Assembly: GCA_029564175.1 (NCBI GenBank) | Contig: JAKQQL010000139.1 | Location: forward strand, 1-15,530 | Direction of reading: 5' to 3' | DNA: 15,530 nucleotides | Origin: Candidatus Cloacimonadota bacterium | Lineage (GTDB): Bacteria; Cloacimonadota; Cloacimonadia; Cloacimonadales; WRIO01 | Shown here: positions 1 to 11,167 of the stretch, one piece after another | Layout of the letters: each line of letters opens with the position of its first letter | Position numbering within the stretch: position 1 is the stretch's first letter | Made by a program: the position numbers and the translations under genes | Notes under the pieces: generated by a model | What the model was told of the DNA's origin: nothing | Database searches by the model: none | What the model saw: only the letters and a program-made list of their open reading frames with translations

Positions 1-2
1 TT

Positions 3-125
3 GATCAGAATTCTTTTATTGCAAGGCTAGGCATTAGTAGAATATGTCAGAGTTTTATGAATGTAAACAAAATTGAAGCACTTTTTAAAGACACTATGAA
101 AACGAAGGCTTCTAAATTGGGATAA
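3..125 (+). CDS. Possible 3' end of an upstream gene (partial, unknown product)
   Basis: Frame open from the window edge for 40 codons (DQNSFIARLG...KTKASKLG) to TAA at 123-125, just before the next promoter. No recognisable motif. Confidence 0.35.
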   Translation, partial: DQNSFIARLGISRICQSFMNVNKIEALFKDTMKTKASKLG

Positions 126-175
126 GTTCTTGGACAGTCTCCTATCCTCTTTGTAAATTATAAAGATTTTACTGC

Positions 176-216
176 TTGACAAAATCAAAAATCAGAGTAT
201 TATAAGATTAAGGAGG
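176..216 (+). promoter_or_regulatory. Candidate sigma70-type promoter and RBS of the hybrid kinase
   Basis: TTGACA 176-181, 16-bp spacer, TATTAT 198-203; AGGAGG 211-216 upstream of ATG 229. Confidence 0.6.
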
Positions 217-228
217 ATAAAGAATAAG

Positions 229-3200
229 ATGAAAATATTCAGATTTACAAATCTGATCGCTTATCTGATTCAAGGAATGACCTTGTTATTCTTCTGTTAT
301 CTTCCTTATCAGCTTTTTTCTGAGAAAACAGAATTTGGAGCGCCATTTCTGACCCATTACACGATCAAGGAATACGGAGGAAGTGCTCAGGTTTGGAATG
401 CCGTACAGGACAGAAGAGGTCTGATGTACTTTGGAAATGGTTCAGGAGTACTTGAGTTTGATGGAAAACAATGGCAAAAAATACCGGTTTCAAATAATTC
501 TCTGGTGAGTGCACTGGCTTCAGATTCACAGGGAAGACTCTTTGTAGGTGCAGTAAATGAATTTGGCTATCTAAAACCTGATAAACTGGGGCAGTTAAAA
601 TATATCTCTTTATCTCAGCAATTACCTGAGAAAGATAGATCTTTTCTGGAAGTTTTTAGGATTTTATGTGTAAGAGATGAAGTCTATTATATTACAAAAC
701 ATAAAATTTATAAATATTATCAAAACAAACTTAAAAAGATCCCTATCAATGGGATGGCGTTCTATGGATTTAAAATTAAAGACAGAATCTTCATTCCGCA
801 AGAAAATATTGGCATCTGCGAACTAAAAAATGATCAACTATACCCTCTAAAAAATACTGTTTTTAGTTCTCATATAGGCATGATTCACTATACAGAGAAA
901 GAGTTTATCATCAGTCATAATGACAGTCTTTACTTATATAATCTGGAGACTGAATCACATAAGCCTTTCAAATCAGCAGCCAATGATTATCTGTATCAAA
1001 ACTTATATTACTGCAATTCAAGAATTGATGAAAACCGATTTGCAATAGGCACCATTTTTGGGGGTGTCCTGATTCTAAACAATCAGGGTAAGATTGAGCA
1101 GATCATCAATGAGCCCAGAGGAATGGAAGGGTCAGTTTATCATCTGTTTACCGATCAGGATAAAAACCTGTGGGCTTCAACAAACAATGGGATTATTAAA
1201 ATTGACATCAGTTTTCCTGTCCAGCAATTTACAAAAAATCAAAATATAAAAGATTATACCCTGACAAATATCAGATTTAAAAATACACTTTATGTAGGCG
1301 CAATGACTGGTCTTATGTATCTGCCCCCCTATCAGATATCAAATAATCAGGATAATCACAGTTTTCGCAGAATCGAAAGTTTTCAGGGTGGATGCTGGGG
1401 ATTAGAAATACTAAACGACAATCTGTTTGCATTAGGAGATTATGGTTTATCTGTCATTCAAAACCAGATTGCCAGAGAAATATACAAAACGCCAAGGAAT
1501 TTTACACTTTCGACCAACCCCAAGTTTCCAAATGCCCTTTTTGCAGGCTCAGATGGCACCCTGAAATATATAGAACTAAACAAAACGAAAGATTTTAATC
1601 AGATACAAGTAATCCATGAATACATTTATAAAGAAATTAAATCCAATGTTGTCAGTATTCAAAGTGATAAAGAACAGAATTTGTGGATAGGAACAGATAA
1701 TCAAGGCATTTATTACATACATTTTACAGGAAACACCCCTTACCAGTATATTATTACTCATTTTAACAATACTAAGGAGTTAGGTTCTCTAAACGACTGT
1801 TATATATCCAATGTGGATAATCAGATTTTTATTTCAAACAGAGCAGGGGTATTTTCACCCGTATTTCCAAAAAACAAGCAGGTTTCTGACTCAAAAATTC
1901 ATTTTCAAAAAAGCCTTTTTTATAATCAAACCTACAATCAGCATGCCTTTCAGGTTTTTAAACTCAATAATGAGACCTGGTGTCTGAGTCCTAAAGCGAT
2001 TATCAAAAAAACGAATACGAAGACCATCGTGGACAGTACATTATTCACCCGTTTAAAGAATTATAATGATATGTTTCTGGCGCGGAATGATGGAGCGGAA
2101 AAAGTCCATATCGGATCTTCAGGCGCTTATTTTATTGCTGATTTTTCACAAAACTGGAAACCCAGAGACTCCTTTTTAACACTAATCCGTAAAGTTAAAA
2201 TCAACAAAGACTCTCTGATTTTTGGAGGATGTTTTTTTGATGAAAACAGTAAGGGAGATTATTTATTCAGGCTTACTCAGAGTAAAAATCAACAGGCAAA
2301 AATCCCTTATCGTTTTAACAACATTACAATTGAATTCTCCGCACCATTTTATGAAGAACCCCAGGAGACTTATTATCAGTTCTTTCTGGAAGGTTTTGAT
2401 AAACAATGGTCAGAATGGAAAAAAGATCACACTGCGATCTTTACAAATCTTCCGGAAGGAGATTATCGTTTTAAAGTCAGAGCAAGAAATGTATATGGTA
2501 TAGAGAGTGCTCCTGCAGTCTGGCAGTTTAGTGTCTTAGCTCCTGTTTACCGGACATGGTGGGCTATTATCCTTTATTTTATGCTGATAATGATGATAAT
2601 CAAACTGATTTTAATGTATAATACCCGAAAACTAATCAGACAAAAAGATTTGCTGGAAAAAAGTGTTCAGGAGCGAACGGCTGAGATTAACGCTCAAAAT
2701 GAAGAGATTAAAGCAAAGTCTGATGTACTCAAGTTTATCAATCAGCAGCTGACTGAAAAAAGCGACATGGTTAAAATTCAAAAAGATTTAATAGAAAAAC
2801 GGAATAAACAATTGAATCAATCTCTGGAAGAAACTCGTAGCATCTCAGAGTTCCAGTCTTTCGTTGCAGAAACAGCCTCTGAATTTATCACGGTCAACAA
2901 CCAAAACATAGATGAAATCATTCATAAAACCATTTCATCAATGGGTCAGTTTTTTAAAATGGAAAAAGTCGGTTTATATATTCTGGCAGAAGACTACAGT
3001 TTCATTATCACTCATTATCAATGGTTTCAAGACACTGATTCAGGGTTTCACAGAGATATTTTATCAGAGACTTATCCTTTGATGACCGAGTTTAAAGAAA
3101 TAGTTTTAAAGCAAAAACAGATTATATGTACAGATGAAGCTATTAAAAAGTATCCTGGAATCGTAAAAGAACTGAATCGCGTTATGGAAACAGATACCCA

Positions 3201-5589
3201 GTCTTTAATGATAGTACCGTTCTATACGGATAGAAAAGTATATGGATTTATCAGTCTTACATTTAATACCATTAACAGTCACTGGAATGATTCTCAGATA
3301 AACGGATTAAAAGTACTTGCTCAGATTATTGCCAATGCAATGGAAGAAATTGAAGCAGAAAAACAATTAATTCAGCTAAAGGAACAGGCGGAATCAGCTA
3401 ACAAAGCAAAATCTGAATTCTTAGCAAGTATGAGCCATGAAATCAGAACCCCTATGAATGCTATTATTGGTCTGAATGACCTTCTGCTTAGAACAAACGT
3501 CAGTGAAAAACAATATGACTACCTCACTAAAATGGAGTCCGCCAGTAAACATTTATTGGGGATTTTGAATGATATTCTGGACTTTTCCAAGATTGAAGCA
3601 GGTAAACTGGTTTTAGACATTGACGATTTTAATCTGGACAACATTCTGGATGATGTGAATATTCTTGCCGGCAGAAAGGCATTCGAAAAAGGCGTTGAGT
3701 TTATCATAGAAAAGGGAATGGATGTTCCCAATGAACTACGGGGAGATGCACTGAGATTAGGAGAAATCCTAATAAATCTAACCAGTAATGCAGTCAAATT
3801 CACTGAAAAAGGAGAAATAAAACTCTCTGTCAAATGTCTTGAAAAAAATATCAATGATACGGTTTTAGAATTTCGGATTTCTGATACAGGAATTGGTATG
3901 ACACAGAACCAGATTGATTCTCTTTTTTCACCATTTACTCAAGCGGATTCATCCACTACCCGAAGATATGGAGGGACAGGTCTGGGCCTGGCTATTTCTA
4001 AAAAACTGGCAGAATCAATGCATGGCAGTATTAGCGCAAAAAGTGAATATGGTAAAGGCAGTTGTTTTATCGTACAGGTTCGATTGAGTTATGCGAAGCA
4101 TCATATCAGCACACTTGATTCACTGGTTCTGAGCGGTTTAAAAGGGAAAAAAGCAATGATTGTAGATGACAATGCTTCAGCAAGAATGGTTTTACAGGAA
4201 TATCTGCAAAGCTATGGCATGCAAGTGAGTCTCTTTGAATCAGGTGAAAAAGCAATAGAAAACATTTCAGAAAAACCAGATGTCATATTACTGGACTGGA
4301 AACTCGAAGGTATGTCAGGAGTTGAAACATGGAAGAAAATAAAAGAGATTCAAACAGATCATTTGCCTTCCGTCATTCTGATAACGGCATTTGGTTGTGA
4401 AGAAGTAAAACACGAAGCTGAAGAATATGGAATACATACCATTTTAAACAAACCAGTGAAGCCCTCCCATCTGTTTAGCACACTAATGAATGTTTTAACC
4501 GGTACAAATGTGGATATGTGTATCAAGTCTTATCATTCTACCGATTATCAGGCTCCTGTATATGAAAAGAAATACCATATACTCCTGGCAGAAGACAATG
4601 AAATCAACAGACAGATTGTCAGTGAAATCCTTGAAATAGATCATTACCAGATAGATGTGGCTGAAAATGGTGAGATCGCTTATCAAAAAGCCAAAACAAA
4701 TCATTATGATTTGATACTGATGGATTTGCAAATGCCTGTTTTAGATGGAATAGATGCCACAAAAAAAATCAGAGGAGACGCTTCTATTCCTAAAGATTTA
4801 CCTATCATTGCTCTTTCAGCCGATGTCTCAAGCGAAATGAAACCTGAAGTAATGAAAATTGGTATGAATGATTATCTTTCAAAACCAATTTCTGCAAAAG
4901 CACTCCTAAAATCTGTCAGTTCATGGCTTAAAAGAGAACCTGGCTTAATAAATCCATTTGAAAAAGATTCTCCTCCGCTTCAAGCAGATAAACCAGACTC
5001 TGCACAATCACTCCAGGCACTTATCCCTTCCATTAATGTCAGTGAAGCCCTGATTCGCTTAGAAGGAAATATGGATTTACTGCTCTCTATACTACAAAGT
5101 TTTGCGATTAAAGAACATCATTTTATCCAACAATTAAAAGAAACAAATGACCAGGCAACTCTCGCCAGAATGATACATACATTAAAAGGGGTTGCCATGA
5201 ATATTGATGCAACTGATCTCGTAAAAACGCTTATTTCATTGGAAGACAACATCAAAAAAAGCAATTCCATGTTAACTTCCAGAGAGATTGATCTTTTGGA
5301 AAAAGAGTTGAATCAGGTGCTTTCAGATATTGATAAGGTTAACACACTGTATCATCAAAATGAAAGCAACGTTTTATCAATATCTGAACTCAGAATGAAA
5401 CTACACAAACTTATCGAAAATTTGGAGTCCTATGACATTAAGTCTTCTCTGATTTTTAGTGAGATTGAAAATTCTTTACGGCATTTAAACTACCAGCAAG
5501 AAACTGACCTTTTAAAGAAGAAAATCAAAATGTATGAATTTGACGCAGCTCTTCAAGTTTGCAAGGAACTCGAAGGCAAACTTTTTTAA
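229..5589 (+). CDS. Membrane-bound hybrid sensor histidine kinase (extracytoplasmic beta-propeller + Y_Y_Y, TM, GAF-like, HisKA, HATPase_c, 2x REC, HPt)
   Basis: Hydrophobic N-terminus; propeller repeats ([39 protein letters not shown]); Y_Y_Y ([16 protein letters not shown]...[17 protein letters not shown]); [22 protein letters not shown]-box [16 protein letters not shown] boxes [25 protein letters not shown]1 IVDDN/LLDWKL/NKP; REC2 LAEDN/LMDLQMP/SKP; HPt HTLKGVA. Confidence 0.95.
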   Translation: MKIFRFTNLIAYLIQGMTLLFFCYLPYQLFSEKTEFGAPFLTHYTIKEYGGSAQVWNAVQDRRGLMYFGNGSGVLEFDGKQWQKIPVSNNSLVSALASDSQGRLFVGAVNEFGYLKPDKLGQLKYISLSQQLPEKDRSFLEVFRILCVRDEVYYITKHKIYKYYQNKLKKIPINGMAFYGFKIKDRIFIPQENIGICELKNDQLYPLKNTVFSSHIGMIHYTEKEFIISHNDSLYLYNLETESHKPFKSAANDYLYQNLYYCNSRIDENRFAIGTIFGGVLILNNQGKIEQIINEPRGMEGSVYHLFTDQDKNLWASTNNGIIKIDISFPVQQFTKNQNIKDYTLTNIRFKNTLYVGAMTGLMYLPPYQISNNQDNHSFRRIESFQGGCWGLEILNDNLFALGDYGLSVIQNQIAREIYKTPRNFTLSTNPKFPNALFAGSDGTLKYIELNKTKDFNQIQVIHEYIYKEIKSNVVSIQSDKEQNLWIGTDNQGIYYIHFTGNTPYQYIITHFNNTKELGSLNDCYISNVDNQIFISNRAGVFSPVFPKNKQVSDSKIHFQKSLFYNQTYNQHAFQVFKLNNETWCLSPKAIIKKTNTKTIVDSTLFTRLKNYNDMFLARNDGAEKVHIGSSGAYFIADFSQNWKPRDSFLTLIRKVKINKDSLIFGGCFFDENSKGDYLFRLTQSKNQQAKIPYRFNNITIEFSAPFYEEPQETYYQFFLEGFDKQWSEWKKDHTAIFTNLPEGDYRFKVRARNVYGIESAPAVWQFSVLAPVYRTWWAIILYFMLIMMIIKLILMYNTRKLIRQKDLLEKSVQERTAEINAQNEEIKAKSDVLKFINQQLTEKSDMVKIQKDLIEKRNKQLNQSLEETRSISEFQSFVAETASEFITVNNQNIDEIIHKTISSMGQFFKMEKVGLYILAEDYSFIITHYQWFQDTDSGFHRDILSETYPLMTEFKEIVLKQKQIICTDEAIKKYPGIVKELNRVMETDTQSLMIVPFYTDRKVYGFISLTFNTINSHWNDSQINGLKVLAQIIANAMEEIEAEKQLIQLKEQAESANKAKSEFLASMSHEIRTPMNAIIGLNDLLLRTNVSEKQYDYLTKMESASKHLLGILNDILDFSKIEAGKLVLDIDDFNLDNILDDVNILAGRKAFEKGVEFIIEKGMDVPNELRGDALRLGEILINLTSNAVKFTEKGEIKLSVKCLEKNINDTVLEFRISDTGIGMTQNQIDSLFSPFTQADSSTTRRYGGTGLGLAISKKLAESMHGSISAKSEYGKGSCFIVQVRLSYAKHHISTLDSLVLSGLKGKKAMIVDDNASARMVLQEYLQSYGMQVSLFESGEKAIENISEKPDVILLDWKLEGMSGVETWKKIKEIQTDHLPSVILITAFGCEEVKHEAEEYGIHTILNKPVKPSHLFSTLMNVLTGTNVDMCIKSYHSTDYQAPVYEKKYHILLAEDNEINRQIVSEILEIDHYQIDVAENGEIAYQKAKTNHYDLILMDLQMPVLDGIDATKKIRGDASIPKDLPIIALSADVSSEMKPEVMKIGMNDYLSKPISAKALLKSVSSWLKREPGLINPFEKDSPPLQADKPDSAQSLQALIPSINVSEALIRLEGNMDLLLSILQSFAIKEHHFIQQLKETNDQATLARMIHTLKGVAMNIDATDLVKTLISLEDNIKKSNSMLTSREIDLLEKELNQVLSDIDKVNTLYHQNESNVLSISELRMKLHKLIENLESYDIKSSLIFSEIENSLRHLNYQQETDLLKKKIKMYEFDAALQVCKELEGKLF

Positions 5590-5604
5590 TCTGATGGAGG
5601 CAAC

Positions 5605-6720
5605 ATGCACTCAGTGTTAATTGTGGACGATGCAGTTGAAAATATTGACATACTCTCCGGAATTTTAAAAGATGAATACGATGTTAAAATTGCATTAAAC
5701 GGTGAAATGGCGATCCATATAGCAAAAAGAATGAAACCGGATATCATCTTACTCGACATCATGATGCCTGGTATGGATGGTTATGAAACATGCCGTATTT
5801 TAAAATCAGATACTTCTACAAAAGATATACCTGTCATTTTCATATCAACCAGAGATCAGGAAACAGACGAAATAAAAGGTTTCGAAGCTGGAGCAGTTGA
5901 TTATATCAGTAAACCAATCAGTGCCCTCATTACAAAAGCGCGCATTAAAACGTATCTGAAGATTAAAGAACAAAACCAGGAATTAAAGCAAATTAACCAA
6001 AGACTCTCAGAAGCGATTGAAAATAAAGACCGCTTTTTAGGTATGGCAGCACATGATTTAAGAAACCCCCTTGCAGTTATCATGGGCGCCAGTGAAGTCA
6101 TGATTCACAAAAGTCAATACCAGCAATATGATGAAATTGTCGTTACCATGTTTAAAAGAATCCAGAATTCCAGCAAGTTTATGCTAAATCTGGTGAATGA
6201 TCTCTTAGATTATAGCGCTATTGAATCAGGACACTTAACCTTAAATACAGAAAAAACAGACCTGATACTTATGATTCAGGAAATTTTGGTGGTTCAAAGA
6301 GAATTTGCCAAAGAAAAAAAGATTGAAATCCTTTTCGATTATGACAATAACCAGTCCTTTTTTGCTGAGATTGATAAACACAAATTCGAACAGGTGATTA
6401 TCAATCTGATATCAAATGCAATCAAATACTCCAATCTAAATACTCAAATTGAAGTCAGTCTGGCATATATGAATCAGTCTGTACTGATTTTAAAAATTAA
6501 AGATCAGGGATTGGGAATACCCGAAAATGAACAGCATAAACTTTTTGTTCCTTTTTCAATTACGAGTGTCAAATCAACAGCGGGTGAAAAAAGTATTGGA
6601 CTTGGCCTTTTAATTGTCAAAAAAATCATTGAAAGTCATCATGGAAAAATCTATTTTGAATCTCATCAAGGAATGGGATCATGTTTCTTTGTTAAAATAC
6701 CGGCATATATCTCTCAATAA
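5605..6720 (+). CDS. Cytoplasmic receiver-histidine kinase hybrid (REC-HisKA-HATPase_c)
   Basis: REC: LIVDD, LLDIMMPGMDG, YISKP; H-box AAHDLRNPL; NLISNAIKYS; DQGLG; SIGLGL. RBS GGAGG 5596-5600; starts 15 bp after the upstream stop. Confidence 0.93.
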   Translation: MHSVLIVDDAVENIDILSGILKDEYDVKIALNGEMAIHIAKRMKPDIILLDIMMPGMDGYETCRILKSDTSTKDIPVIFISTRDQETDEIKGFEAGAVDYISKPISALITKARIKTYLKIKEQNQELKQINQRLSEAIENKDRFLGMAAHDLRNPLAVIMGASEVMIHKSQYQQYDEIVVTMFKRIQNSSKFMLNLVNDLLDYSAIESGHLTLNTEKTDLILMIQEILVVQREFAKEKKIEILFDYDNNQSFFAEIDKHKFEQVIINLISNAIKYSNLNTQIEVSLAYMNQSVLILKIKDQGLGIPENEQHKLFVPFSITSVKSTAGEKSIGLGLLIVKKIIESHHGKIYFESHQGMGSCFFVKIPAYISQ

Positions 6721-6776
6721 ATCTTGGATTAGATTGTGAGAATCATAAAATATTACATATAGACAAAAAACACAAT

Positions 6777-6813
6777 AGAAAGACGCCTCATTAGAGGCTT
6801 TTCTTTTTTTTTT
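6777..6813 (+). terminator. Intrinsic terminator of the two-kinase operon
   Basis: GCCTC-ATTA-GAGGC (6785-6798) followed by TTTTC and a 10-T run, with A-rich flank upstream. The core stem is short. Confidence 0.65.
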
Positions 6814-7242
6814 AAACAATAATTCATTCTTCCTGAGTGCTCTTTCTGTCTGACTTATTTTCAGAAATAAAATCAGAACATTTTTCATTCATTCCTCTTT
6901 TTATCTTCTTTCATTTCTCTTTAATCTTTCTTTAGAACTGCAAAGTTACAGAAACTAATAATGGTTTTTACAAGAGGGATAATAAGAGAAAAGAGATGTT
7001 TTCTACAGGATAGATAAGTGAATCATTCGAGATTCATATTGATTTTTTTTGATTTTTATATGATATTCTGATAATATAGATTAAGAGAAATGATATTGAT
7101 GAATTGATAAAAAATATTTTAATCTGGCTTTTTAAACTGGTTTCTGATAATGTTCATGAAGTAATTAAAAACAGATTTCTGAATAAGACAGGATGTCTGA
7201 GGAAAGATTTTTAAGAAAAAATCATCTGGATGAAAAAATTAT

Positions 7243-7296
7243 TTGACTTTTATCATAATTTTTTATACTATATTAGAAAATAAAGTATAACAGGAG
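7243..7296 (+). promoter_or_regulatory. Candidate sigma70-type promoter and RBS of lon
   Basis: TTGACT 7243-7248, 17-bp spacer, TACTAT 7266-7271; A-rich upstream tract; AGGAG 7292-7296. Confidence 0.55.
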
Positions 7297-7302
7297 ATGA
7301 GC

Positions 7303-9621
7303 ATGAGTATCAATAGTCAAATACCCAGAACACTGCCGGTAATTTCACTCAATAATGTTGTCATGTTTCCCTATCTGATGTTGCCTCTTGTTATTGCAGA
7401 TGAGCAAATGATACGTGTAGTAGATTATGCCCTGGCAAATGATAAAGTGATGGGATTCTTTTTACAAAGAGGAAGCACTCCGTCTGGAGATTTAGATGTG
7501 TACGATTCCGGTACAGTCGTATCCATTTTAAGAATGCTGAGAAATAATGATGGAACGATTAGCCTCTTACTTCAGGGGGTATCGAGAATTAAGATAGAAA
7601 AAATAACGCAACATCACCCTTTTATGATGGTGGAAGCCTTTAATATCCCTGAAAACCTTGATGATGACGTCAAGATATCAGCACATCGGAAGATTACTAT
7701 CGAGATGCTGGAAGAATTCATTTCAGAAGCGGAAGATATGAATAAAGACCTGATTATCGGGTTAAAGTCAATTAAGCAACATAGCAGGGTATGTGATATT
7801 ATTGCAGGTAATATCCCTATCGATGTAACTGCTAAACAAAAAATTCTGGAAACAAATGATTTGTTAAAACGCTATGAATTGCTGAATAAAGAATTAGCTG
7901 AACTGGTAAAAGTTCGTAAAATTGAAAACTCTATTCGTAACAATCTTCAACTTGAAATGAATGAAGATCAGAGAAAATTCTATTTACGTGAACAGCTTGA
8001 AGCTATCAAAAAAGAACTGGGCGAATCAGACGAATCGGAACACGAAGTAGAAAATTGGAAAAAGAAAGTCAGTGAAGCAAATTTACCCCCTCATGTTTAT
8101 GAAGTGGCCATGGAAGAATTGAGTCGTTTAAACCTGATGCCTCCGGCTTCCAGTGAATACAATGTGATTCGGACATATCTTGACTGGCTGGTAAGTATCC
8201 CCTGGACAAAAAAAAGTGAAGACAGACTTGACTTGCCAAAAATCGACCAAATCCTCTCTACTGATCACTTTGGTTTGGAACAGGTGAAAGAAAGAATTAT
8301 CGAATTTATTGCCGTAAAGAAATTGAAAAATCAAATGCGGGGACCCATTCTCTGTTTTGCAGGACCTCCGGGTGTGGGTAAAACCTCTATGGGTAAATCC
8401 ATTGCCAAAGCGATGAATCGAGAGTTTATCCGTATGTCTCTGGGCGGTATTCATGATGAGGCTGAAATCAGAGGGCACAGGCGTACCTATATTGGCGCTA
8501 TGCCTGGTAAAATCATCAATGAAATTAAGCGTTGCGGGACAGCAAACCCACTTTTTATGCTCGATGAAATTGATAAAGTCGGTAAAGATTTCAGAGGTGA
8601 TCCTGCATCTGCTCTGCTGGAAGTACTTGATCCGGAACAGAACAGCACCTTTGTCGATAATTATCTCAATCTGGCTTTTGACTTGTCAGAAGTCTTCTTT
8701 ATTACAACCGCCAACTCACTGGATACAATTCCTCCGGCATTGAGAGATCGTATGGAGATCATTAATTTTTCCAGTTATATTGAAGAAGAAAAAGTGGAGA
8801 TCGCCCGTAAGTATCTGGTGCCTAAAGAAATGTCTAATAATGGAATAACTGGGAAAAATGTGGTAATTCAAACCTCTGCCATACAAGAAATTATCCGCTA
8901 TTATGTCCGCGAATCAGGAGTTAGAACTCTGCAAAGAATGATTGCTAATATCATGCGTAAGATTGCCAGAAAAGTGGCTGAAGGCGAAACAAAGAAAATA
9001 CAGGTAACTGATAAAACCGTAAAAAAATATCTGGGAAGACGTAAATACCAGATGGAACTGGCTAACCGAAAGCCGGAAATCGGCATTGTAACCGGACTCG
9101 CCTGGACAGCTTATGGTGGAGAGATTCTGTTCTGTGAAACATCTAAAATGCCTGGTAAAGGGCAGTTAATACTAACCGGTTTGCTAGGTGAAGTGATGCA
9201 GGAAAGTGCAAAAATAGCGCTCAGTTACCTAAAATCAAACTATGAAAAATACACACTTCAGATTGACCAGCTTGATAAGACGGACTTACATATTCATTTA
9301 CCATCAGGAGCTGTTCCAAAAGACGGGCCTTCTGCTGGTGTTACACTTACAACCTCCATTGCCTCTGTAATCATGAAAAAAAAAGTACGTCATGACATTG
9401 CAATGACAGGCGAAATTACCCTTTACGGTCAGGTTCTGCCAATAGGAGGCGTCAGAGAAAAGTTTTTGGCGGCTAAGAGGGCTGGTATCAAGAAAATTCT
9501 CTTTCCTTTTGATAATCAGGATAATTACGAAGAGTTACCTGATGACATCAAAAAAGGAATTGACGTGAAATTCGTCAAAAATATAGATGAGATATTTGAA
9601 GAGGTCTTTATAAAAGAATGA
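7303..9621 (+). CDS. lon: ATP-dependent protease La (LonA type)
   Basis: Lon N-domain (LPVISLNNVVMFP), Walker A GPPGVGKT, EIRGHRRTYIGAMPG, Walker B MLDEIDK, catalytic Ser in PKDGPSAG and Lys in REKFLAA. Start placed at the second ATG (7303) from RBS spacing; the ORF track gives 7297. Confidence 0.97.
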   Translation: MSINSQIPRTLPVISLNNVVMFPYLMLPLVIADEQMIRVVDYALANDKVMGFFLQRGSTPSGDLDVYDSGTVVSILRMLRNNDGTISLLLQGVSRIKIEKITQHHPFMMVEAFNIPENLDDDVKISAHRKITIEMLEEFISEAEDMNKDLIIGLKSIKQHSRVCDIIAGNIPIDVTAKQKILETNDLLKRYELLNKELAELVKVRKIENSIRNNLQLEMNEDQRKFYLREQLEAIKKELGESDESEHEVENWKKKVSEANLPPHVYEVAMEELSRLNLMPPASSEYNVIRTYLDWLVSIPWTKKSEDRLDLPKIDQILSTDHFGLEQVKERIIEFIAVKKLKNQMRGPILCFAGPPGVGKTSMGKSIAKAMNREFIRMSLGGIHDEAEIRGHRRTYIGAMPGKIINEIKRCGTANPLFMLDEIDKVGKDFRGDPASALLEVLDPEQNSTFVDNYLNLAFDLSEVFFITTANSLDTIPPALRDRMEIINFSSYIEEEKVEIARKYLVPKEMSNNGITGKNVVIQTSAIQEIIRYYVRESGVRTLQRMIANIMRKIARKVAEGETKKIQVTDKTVKKYLGRRKYQMELANRKPEIGIVTGLAWTAYGGEILFCETSKMPGKGQLILTGLLGEVMQESAKIALSYLKSNYEKYTLQIDQLDKTDLHIHLPSGAVPKDGPSAGVTLTTSIASVIMKKKVRHDIAMTGEITLYGQVLPIGGVREKFLAAKRAGIKKILFPFDNQDNYEELPDDIKKGIDVKFVKNIDEIFEEVFIKE

Positions 9622-11105
9622 CAAATAACACAATTTTTGAAGAAACATCCCAAACACTCAATATCCTGTTGAATGTTGAAAAAAGCTTTATGCCCAAAGC
9701 AGAATATATCTTTCGAACCTTTTGCAGGATATTGGGGTTAAGCCCCTCATTTGAATACAATTACGCCAAGCAAGAAGTACATATCTATTATGGTACACCC
9801 ACCAGCAGAGATTATCCAGTGATGATTCATCATAATCCGGAAGCTGTCGATTTTTTTTATGTTGAAAGAAATGAACAAAAAAAATATCAGATACCTGTAT
9901 ATGACAAAGAAAAAGTTAATTTTTTTAAATATGGCAAAGAATATATCCCTTTTTTGTTTTCACCTCAGGGACCCATATTCTTTAGCGGAGAAACATCAAT
10001 TCGAATCAATAAAGATATTATTGCTTCTGCATTTTATTTCTTAACCTGCTGGCAGGAATATGCGGATGACAAAGAAATGTTTCCTGGTGACCGTTACGAT
10101 TACAAATCATCACTCCAGTATTACTGGAATTTCACAGAATTGCCAGTAGTTGACAGATATTGCCATATGTTTGAATTATGTCTGGAATATGTGTTAAAGA
10201 AATTCTCCAAACAACGTAAATGGCCCAATAAAAGTCTTTTTGCTTTAACAATATCGCATGATATTGATTACTGGGAATTTTGGTCAAAAGACTATCTTGA
10301 CAGTATGATTCAGTTTAATAAAAAACGGATCAGTACAAAGCCTTTAAAATCATTATACAAAATAGTCGGACATTGGCTTACAAAAAGTTTTTTTTACAGC
10401 CCTGAAGGAATAATGAAAAAAATCAAAAGAATAGAAAACCTCTTTTATGCAAAATCGACCTTCTTTCTTCTGGCTGGTTCTCAAACGCTTGATAAACGCC
10501 AGGAGTACTTTTTTAATCCTCAGATTCGGACATCTTTAAAAACAATACTGGAAGACAATGAAATTGGACTTCACGGGACAAAAACAGCTGCTTTCGATCA
10601 GGATACAATTAACGAAGAATTTGATAACTTAAAAACAGCTCATTTTGATTGTCAGGGCTACCGTAATCATTATCTGAGTTTTGATTATCAAAAGTCCTTC
10701 GCAATACTGGAAAATGCCGGTTTTGAATATGATTCTACCTTAGGTTTTTGGGAAAACATTGGATACAGGGCAGGAATCTCCTTTCCATTTTTCCCCTATA
10801 ATTTAAAAGAAAACAAAACATTTAAGATATTAGAAATTCCTTTAATTGTGATGGATACGACTCTGTATTCGGAAAAAGCGATGAAGATGTCTGTAAGAAA
10901 GTCTTTCAAGCATATCAAGCGAATGATACAACTCTCACGAAATAACTGTTCTCATCTTTCTATCTTGTGGCATAATACCATATTTGACAATGTCGATTAT
11001 CCAGGTTGGGGAAAACTCTATTACCGTATATTACGATATGCTTATAAAAATGATGCATGGATTTGTTCATTAAAAGAATTACGTGATTTCTGGCTGGAAA
11101 ATTAA
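9618..11105 (+). CDS. Polysaccharide deacetylase (CE4/NodB superfamily)-like protein with N-terminal extension
   Basis: LTISHDID, EIGLHG, GYRNHYL, GFEYDSTLG, LEIPLIVMD, ILWHN motifs; ATGA overlap with the lon stop. Substrate unknown. Confidence 0.8.
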   Translation: MTNNTIFEETSQTLNILLNVEKSFMPKAEYIFRTFCRILGLSPSFEYNYAKQEVHIYYGTPTSRDYPVMIHHNPEAVDFFYVERNEQKKYQIPVYDKEKVNFFKYGKEYIPFLFSPQGPIFFSGETSIRINKDIIASAFYFLTCWQEYADDKEMFPGDRYDYKSSLQYYWNFTELPVVDRYCHMFELCLEYVLKKFSKQRKWPNKSLFALTISHDIDYWEFWSKDYLDSMIQFNKKRISTKPLKSLYKIVGHWLTKSFFYSPEGIMKKIKRIENLFYAKSTFFLLAGSQTLDKRQEYFFNPQIRTSLKTILEDNEIGLHGTKTAAFDQDTINEEFDNLKTAHFDCQGYRNHYLSFDYQKSFAILENAGFEYDSTLGFWENIGYRAGISFPFFPYNLKENKTFKILEIPLIVMDTTLYSEKAMKMSVRKSFKHIKRMIQLSRNNCSHLSILWHNTIFDNVDYPGWGKLYYRILRYAYKNDAWICSLKELRDFWLEN

Positions 11106-11167
11106 CTTGTCATTTTTACCAGAATTTAAAATTTTGTCTGTAATTCCAAGTATAAAGGATTAATGAA

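Noticed and set aside
1682..1820. DnaA-box-like TGTGGATAG (1682-1690) and perfect TGTGGATAA (1812-1820)
   Set aside because: Inside the kinase CDS and explained by L-W-I and N-V-D-N codons; no intergenic cluster or origin-associated genes.
6835..6841. GAGTGCT resembling the right arm of CIRCE upstream of lon
   Set aside because: The left arm TTAGCACTC is absent at the 9-bp spacing, and the site is about 400 bp from the lon promoter.
6679..6888. Minus-strand 69-aa ORF
   Set aside because: Runs through the terminator and poly-T tract and overlaps the kinase 3' end; low-complexity translation.
6941..6948. Minus-strand TAACTTTG matching the Bacteroidota -7 promoter motif
   Set aside because: Single short match; the other promoters in the window are TTGACA-type.
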